A model generated the notes under the pieces. The model saw only the letters and a program-made list of their open reading frames with translations, was not told the DNA's origin and searched no databases. Positions 39,631 to 50,000 of a stretch of DNA of 64,000 nt are shown piece after piece. Made by a program: the position numbers and the translations under genes. How positions within the stretch are numbered: position 1 is the first letter of the stretch; every line of letters begins with the position of its first letter. Source of the stretch: Candidatus Gottesmanbacteria bacterium (GTDB taxonomy: Bacteria > Patescibacteriota > Microgenomatia > UBA10105); contig JAHFKJ010000002.1 in the NCBI GenBank assembly GCA_023245415.1, forward strand, positions 12,286-76,285, in the 5' to 3' direction.

Positions 39631-40548
39631 TTGGAGATACATATGGAAAATCAGGTAAACATCAGCAACCAAAGTACTCGGCAAATCGGCCAAAATCCGG
39701 TTAGCCGATCTATTCATACCCAGGAGAAACCAAAACTAAATTACTGGATCATTTCGACAGTTTGTTTCGCACTTTTGTTTATTTCTACACTTGCTTGGCA
39801 TATAATATACGTTTCCAAATTAGAGAAACAGAAAATTATGAATCCGACCCCTTTACAACAAAGTCAAAATCGAACTAGTTTAGTACCAACACCACTTGTT
39901 TCACCAATTGCCACGAATTCTCCCATACCTGGTAATTCACACTTTTCAAATAAAGAATTAAAGATTAGTTTTACTTACCCAAATGAGTTGGGTCCCGCAC
40001 AGGATAAACCAGCTTCAAAAGGAAAAGGTGGCTCTGCAATTGAAGGAGAAGAGTGGTGGAAAATTGATTTTGACGAAAGAGCATTCGTACCTGGTTATTA
40101 TGAAATTTCCGCAAGCACACCCAATTATGCTCCATCTTCTTGGGAAGGTTCACCTCACTGGCTCAATATCAAAATTAATACAACAGACAGTATAGAATCG
40201 GTAAAACAAAAATTGGTCTCCGCAAATTTTTTAGTATTGAAAGTCCAAAAAGTCTATAGCTCAAAAAATGTAGTTGCTTACATTGTTTGGACGCTTGATT
40301 GTTATGTAGGTTGTGCTCTCGCACGAGTATATCTTGTGCCTTTATCAAATGTTCAATATAATAATCTACTTATTTATACAATCTTAAAAAATCTAAACAC
40401 AGGTGAAGAAAGTGAAACCATAGACCACGCTAAAACTCTCGCAACTCCAGAAATTGTCAAAATAGAAAATAAGCAAGCAGATGGAATCGTTATTAAATAC
40501 CTTACGGGTCAAGATTTAATTTTCAATACGTTAATAATTGGAAATTAG
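39631..40548 (+). CDS. membrane-anchored hypothetical protein
   Basis: N-terminal TM (YWIISTVCFALLFISTLAWHIIYV). Extracellular S/T/P-rich linker followed by a globular region. Confidence 0.4.
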   Translation: MEIHMENQVNISNQSTRQIGQNPVSRSIHTQEKPKLNYWIISTVCFALLFISTLAWHIIYVSKLEKQKIMNPTPLQQSQNRTSLVPTPLVSPIATNSPIPGNSHFSNKELKISFTYPNELGPAQDKPASKGKGGSAIEGEEWWKIDFDERAFVPGYYEISASTPNYAPSSWEGSPHWLNIKINTTDSIESVKQKLVSANFLVLKVQKVYSSKNVVAYIVWTLDCYVGCALARVYLVPLSNVQYNNLLIYTILKNLNTGEESETIDHAKTLATPEIVKIENKQADGIVIKYLTGQDLIFNTLIIGN

Positions 40549-40583
40549 AATTACCTAGTTCGCCCTTAGGGCAAGAAAGTCGA

Positions 40584-40633
40584 GCTGCGGGTGGGCATAA
40601 TCGGCAAGCTTAGTGTAAAGGCGCCGCGCCCAC
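40584..40633 (+). repeat. GC-rich direct repeat, copy 2
   Basis: gctgcgggtgggcataatcggcaagcttagtgtaaaggcgccgcgcccac. Confidence 0.6.
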
Positions 40634-40699
40634 CTTTAACTTTTGAAAATCAGTCCGAATTTTTTGTAAAGAGCCCGCCAATCATTTTTAACTGCCACT

Positions 40700-40897
40700 A
40701 TGCAATCAAGAATTAAAGAATTTGTCGAAAAAAACAAGCATCTTCACGGACGCATACTCACTATGGAAAACGATCCACCTCGTTCATTTACGATTCAATC
40801 TAAAAAACAATTAAACATTTTGGCCTTCTTAGTAGGAATTATTGCATTAGGTTTATTGGTTGGAGGGATCTATATTTTGTGGACGAGTATTTATTAA
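40700..40897 (+). CDS. small single-TM protein
   Basis: 65 aa with a C-terminal TM helix. Confidence 0.3.
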   Translation: MQSRIKEFVEKNKHLHGRILTMENDPPRSFTIQSKKQLNILAFLVGIIALGLLVGGIYILWTSIY

Positions 40898-41094
40898 GAT
40901 TAAGACTGAAACCCGAAATCAAAATTTACCCCAAGGTAAATTAAATGACCTCTCCCAAATCTTATGTGTTCATTGATGATCGGGAAGATCATATGCAGCG
41001 AGCCCGTTCTTTTGGAATTAATTGAATAATATTTGAAAATGCGGCTCACCTGGAGTCAGAACTGAAACGTCGGGATTTTGGTTTCAACCTTGTT

Positions 41095-42111
41095 TCAGAA
41101 GCTTGATATTTGATATCCAGATTTTTTTACGAGAGGGATTAGACTACGCAGAGATTGTTTCCAGTGTTCTTTGTCAGAGAAATTTACCGGATCAAGACTT
41201 GCGAGTAAATTGGCGATTTGGGTCAATGTCCCATAATCAATTTTTTGAGAAGCGTTAATTTTTTTGGCTATAGATTTTAGTTCTTCCTGTTGAGCATCGG
41301 TTAATTTAATTTCACCAGAACTTACACGTCTGACTAAGTTTTGCAATTTCCCCAAATCCTTAGGTGAGGTGTTTTTTAGAAATTTTAATATTTGTAGTGG
41401 ATTTGCACCTCTATTTTTTAACTTTTCCTGAAGTTTGATATCATGCTGACGATTTTTCTTAAACCAGTCGCTATTTTTCAGTTCATCATTAATGACTTGT
41501 TTGATAATTTGTTTTTTGCCAAGTTTAATATCGACGATGTCTTTTTTGGCTACACCTGCGGAAAATCCCTTTTCTACTTTAATCTTTGACAGTGTTTTAC
41601 GCTCCTGTCCGACTTGTTCAATTGCTGCCACTTCAACTTCACCATCATCCGTATCAACCATTGATTTGTCAGAGTCGACATCTACTGTAAATGCAGTTCC
41701 GCGAACTGTTGCAAGTGTTGTGTCCGATTCAATTTCAAAACTTTCACCCACTCCTAAGAGTCTAGCGATGCGTGACCAGGTACGACCAGTTTTTTGGAAC
41801 AGTGTTATATGATCGTTGTCAGATTTAAGAGTGATTTGCGTATTGGCATCGAGCCGGATTTCTGAGCCATTACTTAAACTAATAGTTGCCCAAGAATTAT
41901 CTTGAGTGCGAATTATATCACCCGGATTTAGGGCCGATCCGGAAACTACTGTAGACCATTTCGAATCAGTTTGCTTTTCGACTTGACCCGACTCAATTAC
42001 CAAATGTGTTGGTTCGCTGAATTCTAAATCTGCGAATTGCTTTTGTAAAAACCACCACCCGGCTCCGGCTAATCCTAAAAGAATAATAAAGAAAATTAAA
42101 ATAACCACCAA
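41095..42111 (-). CDS. FecR-domain membrane protein
   Basis: N-terminal TM. The central region NPGDIIRTQDNSWATISLSNGSEIRLDANTQITL is typical of FecR (PF04773). Confidence 0.4.
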   Translation of the reverse strand: MVVILIFFIILLGLAGAGWWFLQKQFADLEFSEPTHLVIESGQVEKQTDSKWSTVVSGSALNPGDIIRTQDNSWATISLSNGSEIRLDANTQITLKSDNDHITLFQKTGRTWSRIARLLGVGESFEIESDTTLATVRGTAFTVDVDSDKSMVDTDDGEVEVAAIEQVGQERKTLSKIKVEKGFSAGVAKKDIVDIKLGKKQIIKQVINDELKNSDWFKKNRQHDIKLQEKLKNRGANPLQILKFLKNTSPKDLGKLQNLVRRVSSGEIKLTDAQQEELKSIAKKINASQKIDYGTLTQIANLLASLDPVNFSDKEHWKQSLRSLIPLVKKSGYQISSF

Positions 42112-42268
42112 TCAGCCCTTGAAACAGCCAGATCCGGATTTTTTTATTGGTTTTTCTGAAGCATTTTCTAACGTTTGTTTCTCTGTCATAAAATAAAACG
42201 AATTTTTCGTATCTTACTGATATATATTGTAATTTACAAGTTACGGATATTATCATATCATCAAAATA

Positions 42269-42655
42269 ATGAAAAAAACTGTATGCCGTAAGTGTAAATA
42301 TTTATTATTTTTCGCGGGAGCGCTAATTTTTACATTTATATTTTTACCCAGACCCGATTTTCAGTTTTCATCAGATTGTTCGTCTGGAATAAGTTGTCAG
42401 CGACAGGGGTGGCAGTTAAAGGAACCGCTCTTTTTTTTAATTTTAAGAGCTCTAAGATCAAATAATTTGTCTTTACCAGACACAAGGGAAAAAAATGTTT
42501 CGTCTCCATCTCCGGTTACTTCAAAATATACATGTCCTTCAAGTGCTTATATTGATTGTATGCCCGGCGTCTATTTTGTCCGCCCACAATGTACAAAAGA
42601 ATATTTAGATTGGATCCGGGTCAATTGTCCCAATTTCAAAGGGGTAGCGTATTGA
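42269..42655 (+). CDS. small secreted Cys-rich protein, paralog of the anti-sigma C-terminal domain
   Basis: Signal peptide. The C-terminus CPSSAYIDCMPGVYFVRPQCTKEYLDWIRVNCPNFKGVAY matches the C-terminus of 44740..45249 (CPSQGWIDCKPK...CNQNYIDWAKKNCSDFEGVVN). Confidence 0.4.
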   Translation: MKKTVCRKCKYLLFFAGALIFTFIFLPRPDFQFSSDCSSGISCQRQGWQLKEPLFFLILRALRSNNLSLPDTREKNVSSPSPVTSKYTCPSSAYIDCMPGVYFVRPQCTKEYLDWIRVNCPNFKGVAY

Positions 42656-42702
42656 TCTCTGCTTAACGATGTGGATACAATAGTGTATTAAGTATTAATT
42701 CT

Positions 42703-43422
42703 ATGCGGCGAAAACGATTCCATATCTATTCATCCAGGTGGCACCTTATAAGCACCATTTTATTTATTACTTTACCTTTTGTTTTCCTGCTGTTTTTCGC
42801 CGAGTTTGCGAATCTTACACGAGCCGAACTATTTTTTGATGTGAGTACTTCATTTGTGAGACTTTTAATCGCTTACATCTTTTCTGTGGGGTTGGCCTGG
42901 GCGTGGAGTGTTTGGTGTTTTCGGGGAAAGCTTACCAATATTCTCCTACCTCTATTTGATGTGCTGCAAAGTTTTCCTACATTTGCCGCTTTGCCAATCG
43001 CGACATTTGTTTGGGGGATTTCGAATTTCACAGTCATATTTTTTCTGGTATTTACCATCATTTGGCCGATTTTTTTCTCAATCGTTTCATCACTTAAGCT
43101 TGTGAAGCATGAGTGGGAAGAAGCAGTCCAAATTTATGGAGTCACTGGTTGGGATTATTTTCGCACATTTTTGCTTCCGGTCAGCATCCCTGGGCTTATC
43201 ACCGGTTCAATTATCGGTTTGGGCGAGGGGTGGGAGGCATTAGTGGCGACGGAAATAATTGTCGGACTTAAAGGCGGATTAGGTAATTTTTTCCAAACTT
43301 ATTCGCAAAATACACAAATTACAATTTTTGGTATTTTAGGGTTTTTGGTGCTCATCTTCAGTATTAACAAAATTATATGGCTCCCGCTTTTGGAATGGAG
43401 TCATAAGTATGTAGAAGAATGA
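42703..43422 (+). CDS. ABC transporter permease (NitT/TauT-type)
   Basis: BPD_transp_1-like polytopic protein located immediately upstream of the ATPase gene. Confidence 0.55.
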   Translation: MRRKRFHIYSSRWHLISTILFITLPFVFLLFFAEFANLTRAELFFDVSTSFVRLLIAYIFSVGLAWAWSVWCFRGKLTNILLPLFDVLQSFPTFAALPIATFVWGISNFTVIFFLVFTIIWPIFFSIVSSLKLVKHEWEEAVQIYGVTGWDYFRTFLLPVSIPGLITGSIIGLGEGWEALVATEIIVGLKGGLGNFFQTYSQNTQITIFGILGFLVLIFSINKIIWLPLLEWSHKYVEE

Positions 43423-43423
43423 T

Positions 43424-44164
43424 ATGGATACGATGATAAAAATAAGCGGCATCAATAAAACCTTTCACCTGCCTAATGGTAGCCGAACGCATGCTTTAGC
43501 AAATATTAATCTGGAAATTGGCAAAGGCGAATTCTTTATATTATTAGGCCCATCCGGATGCGGCAAATCCACACTTCTTAGGATCATCTGTGGATTGGAG
43601 AAGGCATCTGGTGGAGAACTTATCTTTGGAGAATCCGTAAAATCGACTGAAATGAGTTTTGTGTTTCAGCAATTTGCACTTCTTCCATGGTTAAGCGTAT
43701 ATGAAAATGTTGAGCTGAGTTTATTGGCAAAAAATTTATCTGAAACAGATCGGCGAACGCGTATTAATGCTGAACTGGAAAGGTTAAGACTCGATAAATT
43801 TGCACACGCATACCCGCGTGAATTATCGGGAGGTATGAAGCAGCGCGTGGGAATAGCTCGCGCGTTTGCGACGCAACCGAAAATCATTTTAATGGACGAA
43901 CCATTTTCAGAACTTGATTCATTTATTGCCCAAGAACTGCGGGAAGTTCTTTTGGATATTTGGCTCAAGGAAAAACCCACAATCGTGATGGTGACACACA
44001 TTATTCCTGAGGCTCTGGAACTGGCTGATCGGATAGCGGTCATGACTTCGCGTCCGGGCACGATTGAAAAATTATTTACTAACGATCTTGCCCGTCCCAG
44101 GGCGAAACGTTCTCCCGAATTTTTCAAATTTGAGGATGAAGTACTTGCCGCCGTTAAGCCATAA
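43424..44164 (+). CDS. ABC transporter ATP-binding protein
   Basis: Walker A GPSGCGKST, signature LSGGMKQRV, and Walker B ILMDEP. Confidence 0.85.
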   Translation: MDTMIKISGINKTFHLPNGSRTHALANINLEIGKGEFFILLGPSGCGKSTLLRIICGLEKASGGELIFGESVKSTEMSFVFQQFALLPWLSVYENVELSLLAKNLSETDRRTRINAELERLRLDKFAHAYPRELSGGMKQRVGIARAFATQPKIILMDEPFSELDSFIAQELREVLLDIWLKEKPTIVMVTHIIPEALELADRIAVMTSRPGTIEKLFTNDLARPRAKRSPEFFKFEDEVLAAVKP

Positions 44165-44276
44165 TTACTACATATATTGTATATAATTCTTATATTTCGA
44201 CTTACAGTAATTCATGACATTTTATTTGCGCAGTTTTTTATTTTATTATTCATTTTAGAATATATTAGTAGCCATA

Positions 44277-44738
44277 ATGGAAGAGTTTTATGTAGCTTTT
44301 ATCGATAAGATATTCACCTTTTGCCTGTATCGGACGGGTAAGTGGCAAGTGGCTCAAGACTTGACGAGTGCGACATTTTTGAAATTCTTCAAGACCAATT
44401 GGCGCCTTTATGAAAATCCGACTGCGTATCTATACACGGTGTGCCGCAATACAATCATTGACTATTATCGGCAACGTAAAGAGACTGTATCTTTAGAGAC
44501 ATTAATCGAATCGGGCCATGAGGTGGGAGCAACTTTTGACAATGACCAGCGTCTACTTATGATGGAGATCTTCAAAGAAATAGAAAAACTGCCTACTGAT
44601 CAAAAAGACGTAGTGCTTATGCGATATGTACAGGATTTGGATAATAAAACGATCGCCCAGGTACTTAGTAAAACTGAGGCGGCGGTGAAATCGCTGGCAC
44701 ATCGGGGGTTAACAACGTTGCGCGGGAAATTAAAATAA
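44277..44738 (+). CDS. ECF-type RNA polymerase sigma-70 factor
   Basis: Region 2 (YLYTVCRNTIIDYYR) and a region 4 helix-turn-helix (DNKTIAQVLSKTEAAVKSLAHRG). Confidence 0.65.
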   Translation: MEEFYVAFIDKIFTFCLYRTGKWQVAQDLTSATFLKFFKTNWRLYENPTAYLYTVCRNTIIDYYRQRKETVSLETLIESGHEVGATFDNDQRLLMMEIFKEIEKLPTDQKDVVLMRYVQDLDNKTIAQVLSKTEAAVKSLAHRGLTTLRGKLK

Positions 44739-44739
44739 T

Positions 44740-45249
44740 ATGCATCAGGATATCGAATCACTACTTAAAAATTTGCCGAAATTTAAAGCTTCTACCAAGT
44801 TTGCGGACCAGCTAGAGCAGCAATTACTGAAAGAGTTAAGTCCTAAACCGGCACACAGGCTGCGATTCAGTCTGCTATTTTCAATTCCCACGATCATTAT
44901 ATTGTTTGTTGCAATCGGTTTGACGAGTTTAAAGCACAAACAAATTCCTGTATTAACGCCGCCGCCGCAAGAAGGGAAAAAATTTATGGCACCAAATGCA
45001 GCGGATAGAACTGGGGATAATTCTTTTGAAAAAAGCGAGACAGTTTCTAGTACAACACCTTGTACACAAAACACTGATCAATGCGATCCAAATAGCTGTG
45101 ACTTTCAGAAATGTCAATATGTATGTCCGTCGCAGGGCTGGATAGATTGTAAGCCAAAAGCTTCTTCAGGTGGTCGGTATCAATGCAATCAGAACTATAT
45201 TGATTGGGCGAAAAAGAATTGTTCGGATTTTGAAGGAGTGGTGAATTGA
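44740..45249 (+). CDS. putative anti-sigma factor with single TM and extracytoplasmic Cys-rich domain
   Basis: Translationally coupled to the sigma gene (TAATATG overlap). One TM helix. Six-Cys C-terminal module shared with 42269..42655. Confidence 0.4.
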   Translation: MHQDIESLLKNLPKFKASTKFADQLEQQLLKELSPKPAHRLRFSLLFSIPTIIILFVAIGLTSLKHKQIPVLTPPPQEGKKFMAPNAADRTGDNSFEKSETVSSTTPCTQNTDQCDPNSCDFQKCQYVCPSQGWIDCKPKASSGGRYQCNQNYIDWAKKNCSDFEGVVN

Positions 45250-45273
45250 TTAAGTTTAGTGGATAATTAAGCT

Positions 45274-45840
45274 ATGATTCTTTCTGATCGGGATATTAAA
45301 AAAGCGTTAAAACAGCGGTTAATTATATTTAAACCTGAATTGGATTTGCAGATACAGTTAGGTTCGTGTTCGGTGGATCTGCGATTGGGAAATTCCTTTC
45401 GCGTTTTTAAACACAGCCATTTTCCTTTTATTGATCCGCATGATAAAAAATTGGCGTTTGACATGATGGAAGAGGAAGTCATCAAAAAGGGCCAGACTTT
45501 TATTCTCCAGCCGGGGGATTTTGTGCTGGCTACAACTATCGAATCGTTTAGTCTGCCCGATAATTTGCTGGCTCGGCTTGAAGGTCGATCATCACTTGGT
45601 AGACTCGGAATCGTTGTTCATTCAACCGCCTCAATTTTTGAACCCGGGTGGGATGGAGTAGTGGTTATGGAACTTGGGAATTTAGGACGGATGCCGGTTG
45701 CGCTGTATCCCGGCATGCGGATTTGCGCCCTCACTTTTGAACAATTAACGAGTGATGTCGATGTACCATACTCAAAGAAAAAAGGCGCGAAATATATCAA
45801 ACAATCGACACCACTTCCGAGTAAAATTGCCGATGAATAG
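45274..45840 (+). CDS. dcd: dCTP deaminase
   Basis: The N-terminal MILSDRDIKKAL and GSCSVDLRLG motifs match the dCTP deaminase/dUTPase fold. Confidence 0.75.
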   Translation: MILSDRDIKKALKQRLIIFKPELDLQIQLGSCSVDLRLGNSFRVFKHSHFPFIDPHDKKLAFDMMEEEVIKKGQTFILQPGDFVLATTIESFSLPDNLLARLEGRSSLGRLGIVVHSTASIFEPGWDGVVVMELGNLGRMPVALYPGMRICALTFEQLTSDVDVPYSKKKGAKYIKQSTPLPSKIADE

Positions 45841-45853
45841 CATATTAAGAATA

Positions 45854-45882
45854 GGTGTAAAGCTGATCCACCCTTAGGGTGT
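45854..45882 (+). repeat. REP-like unit ggtgtaaagctgatccacccttagggtgt
   Basis: Matches the repeat consensus. Confidence 0.7.
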
Positions 45883-45888
45883 GAATCT

Positions 45889-46887
45889 ATGGTCAATGAA
45901 AAAGAGTGTTATGTTCCGGTGAATGCGTATGCGACGGGCAGAATATTATTCAAGATAGATAGAGAAAGATATTTACCATTAAGTCCCCATTTTTGGGCTG
46001 GTTTAGCCGGATTACCGCAAGTAGTGACTGTAAGTGATGGTGACAGGATTATTTATCATCGTAATGATGCAGGAGTTAACATTGGAGAAGGTCAGAGTTT
46101 TACTGGTACCATAGAAAAACTTACGTTTGATTATCAAGAACCCCAACTTACCTCTTGTGAAATAGGAGGTAAACCATTTGTGTTTGGCCATTTGCCAATT
46201 CATTTACAAGATAAGCAGATGGCAATTGATTTATTCTTTCCCAATGATCAGAATCAAGCACATCTAGCGATTATTAAGACGTTAAAAACATTGTTGCTTG
46301 TCAAAGATTGGGCGACTTTAAATCATTGTATAAATGTCGCAGCCTCAGCAGAAAGACTGGCCATTTTATACGGGCTATCTACCGAATTTTCCCGGGATAT
46401 TCGTTTGGCCACTCAGCTTCATGATGTCGGAAAATTAAACGTGCCCGGTTCAATCTTACGAAAAACATCCCCAACCGAAAGACAAATAATGCCAAAAGAT
46501 GAGTTGAAAGTTTTACGGGCACACGCTGCATACGGGGCTAGATTATTTTCCTCGTTAAAAAAGTTCTGGCTTTATCAGGTAATTGCCGGAAATCACCATG
46601 AAGACTGGTCAGGTACCGGATATCCTAGTGGATTAAAAGGGACAGATATTCCGCTTGCACCGCGAATTGTCGCATTTGTTGATAAATTTGACGCGATGCG
46701 AAAAAAGCGGCCATATCGAGAAGCCATGTCGCATTTTGAAGTAGTGGAAAAAATGAAGGGGAAGATTTTGAGTCAACTCGATCCTGATATTGTAAATACT
46801 TTTTTTGAAAATTTAGAAGTTATTGTTGGGAAAGAAAGTACTCTGCCAAGTAGTAATAATTCTCACAAAATATTATTTAACGTGTAA
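45889..46887 (+). CDS. HD-GYP domain phosphohydrolase
   Basis: HDVGK...GNHHEDWSGTGYPSGL matches the HD-GYP signature. Confidence 0.65.
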   Translation: MVNEKECYVPVNAYATGRILFKIDRERYLPLSPHFWAGLAGLPQVVTVSDGDRIIYHRNDAGVNIGEGQSFTGTIEKLTFDYQEPQLTSCEIGGKPFVFGHLPIHLQDKQMAIDLFFPNDQNQAHLAIIKTLKTLLLVKDWATLNHCINVAASAERLAILYGLSTEFSRDIRLATQLHDVGKLNVPGSILRKTSPTERQIMPKDELKVLRAHAAYGARLFSSLKKFWLYQVIAGNHHEDWSGTGYPSGLKGTDIPLAPRIVAFVDKFDAMRKKRPYREAMSHFEVVEKMKGKILSQLDPDIVNTFFENLEVIVGKESTLPSSNNSHKILFNV

Positions 46888-46904
46888 TATACCCGTCATA
46901 CGCT

Positions 46905-46961
46905 GGTCCCGATTAAATCGGGAGCAGCTTAGAGGGGTAAATACTCGCCTGCCTGCCGGCA
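46905..46961. terminator. tandem hairpins (tcccgatt-taa-atcggga; 12-nt palindrome cctgccggcagg) between convergent genes
   Basis: Perfect palindromes. Same cctgcctgccgg motif as 21363-21384. Confidence 0.4.
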
Positions 46962-47005
46962 GGAACATTCTCAAGTGTGAGTGGTATAGTTTGAGGAAAA
47001 GTTTT

Positions 47006-50000
47006 TTACAGCCTCCCATACATAAGTGTAGTGTTTTGGTAGCTGCCGTTATTCGTCCTGAAAAATAAAAATTCCACCGTTTCCGGCCGATTCCACCCTA
47101 TCCGCGACCATTTAATCGACGGGCCGGCGTCATAGCCATTGTTATTTGAGACCAGGGCTATTGCCGTTTGGGTTCCCCATGTGGAACTTCCGCTTGGCTT
47201 TTTGATATAGCAGAAATTCTGCAAATTTTTGCAATCCGCAGTCGCCGATGTACTTTTTGGGTGCCCGTGCCCCAAAATATATAAATCTCCGCCGGAATTT
47301 ATGGCAAGCCCCGGATCGTGCGTATACGCGTTTACCGCCTGGTCCACCCAAACGCCCGTTGCATTAGTCACATAATGAATATGCCCGTAATCGCCGGTCG
47401 CATCAAAATTTTCCATATACACCAGATGCTTTTTGTTTCCGCTGTCAATCACCATACTCGGACCCTGGTCAATATTAATCCCAGAATTAGTACTCGTCCA
47501 TGCTGGCGCTGTGCTTACCGACTCAATCGTCCCCCAGCTCCCCGTCACTGGCTTGCTTCTGACCAATATCTTAGTCGGACTGGTATTCTCTCCTACCCAG
47601 GCAACTGTTACTCCGTCGTCAACCGGCGAAACCACCAACTGCGGATGATTACTGCTCCCGGCAGTATCAATTTGCGTCGGCCCGTCAGTCAGTGTCAACG
47701 TATTACTTGCCGCGACATAAGTATATGCCCGATAACTTATGTGGTTATTGGCTGACCAATACGCCACATGCAGTTTTCCGCTGCCATCTGCCATTCCCGA
47801 TACTCCGCCCGACCCTAAATAATTTCCCGAAACCGTTGGATTGCCGCTGCCCAATGTAATCGCGCTTTTAAAAGAATTCGTGGTGGTATCAAATGGATAA
47901 TCTTTTAAATTTCCGCCCTGCGTATTGGTCAAGACATGAATTATGGCTGTCCCATCATTCACGGCATCGACTTGTATCACCGCGTTCGCATCACTAACCT
48001 GTGCAGTCCCGTTAAAATCAGCCGTAGCCGAGGGCAGCCCGGAAACCGTGGTCCAATAAGCTTTCAGTGTGTTCGAGCTTTCGGCCAGACCGGCAAATGT
48101 ATACACCCGATCGGAATTGGTTCGGACAATTTGGCGGGGTGTCACGTCGGCATAGCCGCTATTTATAGGAAACGCCGCCGGACTTGTTAATGTCGGTGTG
48201 CTGGTTGGAAAAATTTGAGTAAAATTATCTATCACATTGGCCAAATCAAAACTGTTGACTTTATTGTCATAGTTTTGATCAATCGCCGCTGAATTTGCTA
48301 ACCAATTCTCAAGCGTTAATTTAATATCCAAAGCATCAACTTTCCCGTCATTATTCACATCACCGTTTTTAAAAGCAAGCGTAGCCGTAGGAGTTAAAGA
48401 TGGAGAGTTTACCGGTATCGGACTGGGACTTACGGCAACTGTCCCAGAATGTTTAAACACCATGATATCCCCGCCGTTTCCCTCAACTACTATCAAATCA
48501 TTCGCGACATAAGTATATCTGGGTAAAAAACCAGCGCTGTAGGCCGTTCCCGAATTGGCATTAAACAGTGCCGGGTCATTTTTCCATCCCGGCGGATCGG
48601 AAACTCCAAAATAACCCCACCAGGCCGGGCCGCTGAAAAACCTGCCGCCGTCAGTCATGTAGTGCAAATTGGTACAGCTGTCTGTCCAGTGGGTAATCGT
48701 GTTTTTGCAACTGATCGTTTGTATGGCTCGGATAAACACCGGTTGCCGGAAAGTCGAAATTCCCGTAGCAAAAGTCAAGCCCGCAGATTTATTATTCCGA
48801 CTCGCGCTATCGATCATTTCACCCACTGCAGCAGCCCAATGTGAATTAAAAACCGTGTTTCCGGCCACCGTTATCGGTACTTCCTCGTCAACAATATCAT
48901 TGTATGCATCACCTTCAGATTTATGCACCAAACTTTTAATAAATCTTAAGTTGCCCGTCGGTAAATTTGGTACGGTCGTATTATCCAAAACCATCTCTCC
49001 TAAATGGCCGTCCCACCGCCAGTCGATTGGGTTTGCCTGTCCATTTCTAAAAATCATATAAGCTACTTCATCGCCATTGGGCCACACTTTTACCGCCGGT
49101 TGTGTTCCCATTACCCCGTACCCTTCAGTTTGGGTACTGATTAAATCTTCTGTACTGCCATATCCGACTGCGGGAATAAATTTTTCCGTCCCGGTACTCA
49201 AATCCAGAGCAAATAAGTTCTTATATTGCGGATTGTCTCTGAGCCAATTTTGGTTCACGGTTTGATCACTTGGAAAACTGGTAGTTGTCCCGGGATGGAT
49301 CAACATGTAATCGGGGGGTAGCTGCATTCTTAACAACACCACTTCATGATTATCGGCAATTACCGGCCAGCCATTCTCAAATTGTGTACCTACCGGCGTT
49401 CCATTTATCGTCGTAGCTACTGACCTAAACGGATCACCCGGACTATTAACTGTCGGCTTCACGCGCCATTTAACTCCTCCGGTACTACTGTTTACTGCAT
49501 GCACAAACAAATCATCGGTGGCAAAAATAACTACATCAAATTTAGCCGAATAACTGGGAAGTGTTGCCACCGTTGCATTAGCCGCATATGCGTTCGCCCA
49601 TGCTGATGTCATCGTCGTCGTGTTGACTTTGTACAAATGCCCATCATCAGTAACAGCAAAGACAAATTGTCCCACCAGTAAAATTGCCTTACTAATGGGG
49701 TTTTGGGCATTAAATGTCACAAACGTCCCGTCGAGTACATTTATTTTATACACCAGTCCATTTGCTCCACCCGCATAAACAAAACCCGCATCATATGCCG
49801 GTGCGCCGTTAAAAGCCGTCGCCGTAGTATTCCAGACTGGTACACCTGTAGATTTTGTCAAAGCATACAACCCGTGATTGCCGGCCGGAACAAAAATATA
49901 GTTTCCCCCGGTCACCGTCCGGGCTTCCTTGGGCGCGTTGTACACATGATTTCCAGTGCCGCCGTTGCCATCTGCACCGTTCCACGACCACAAAAATTTC

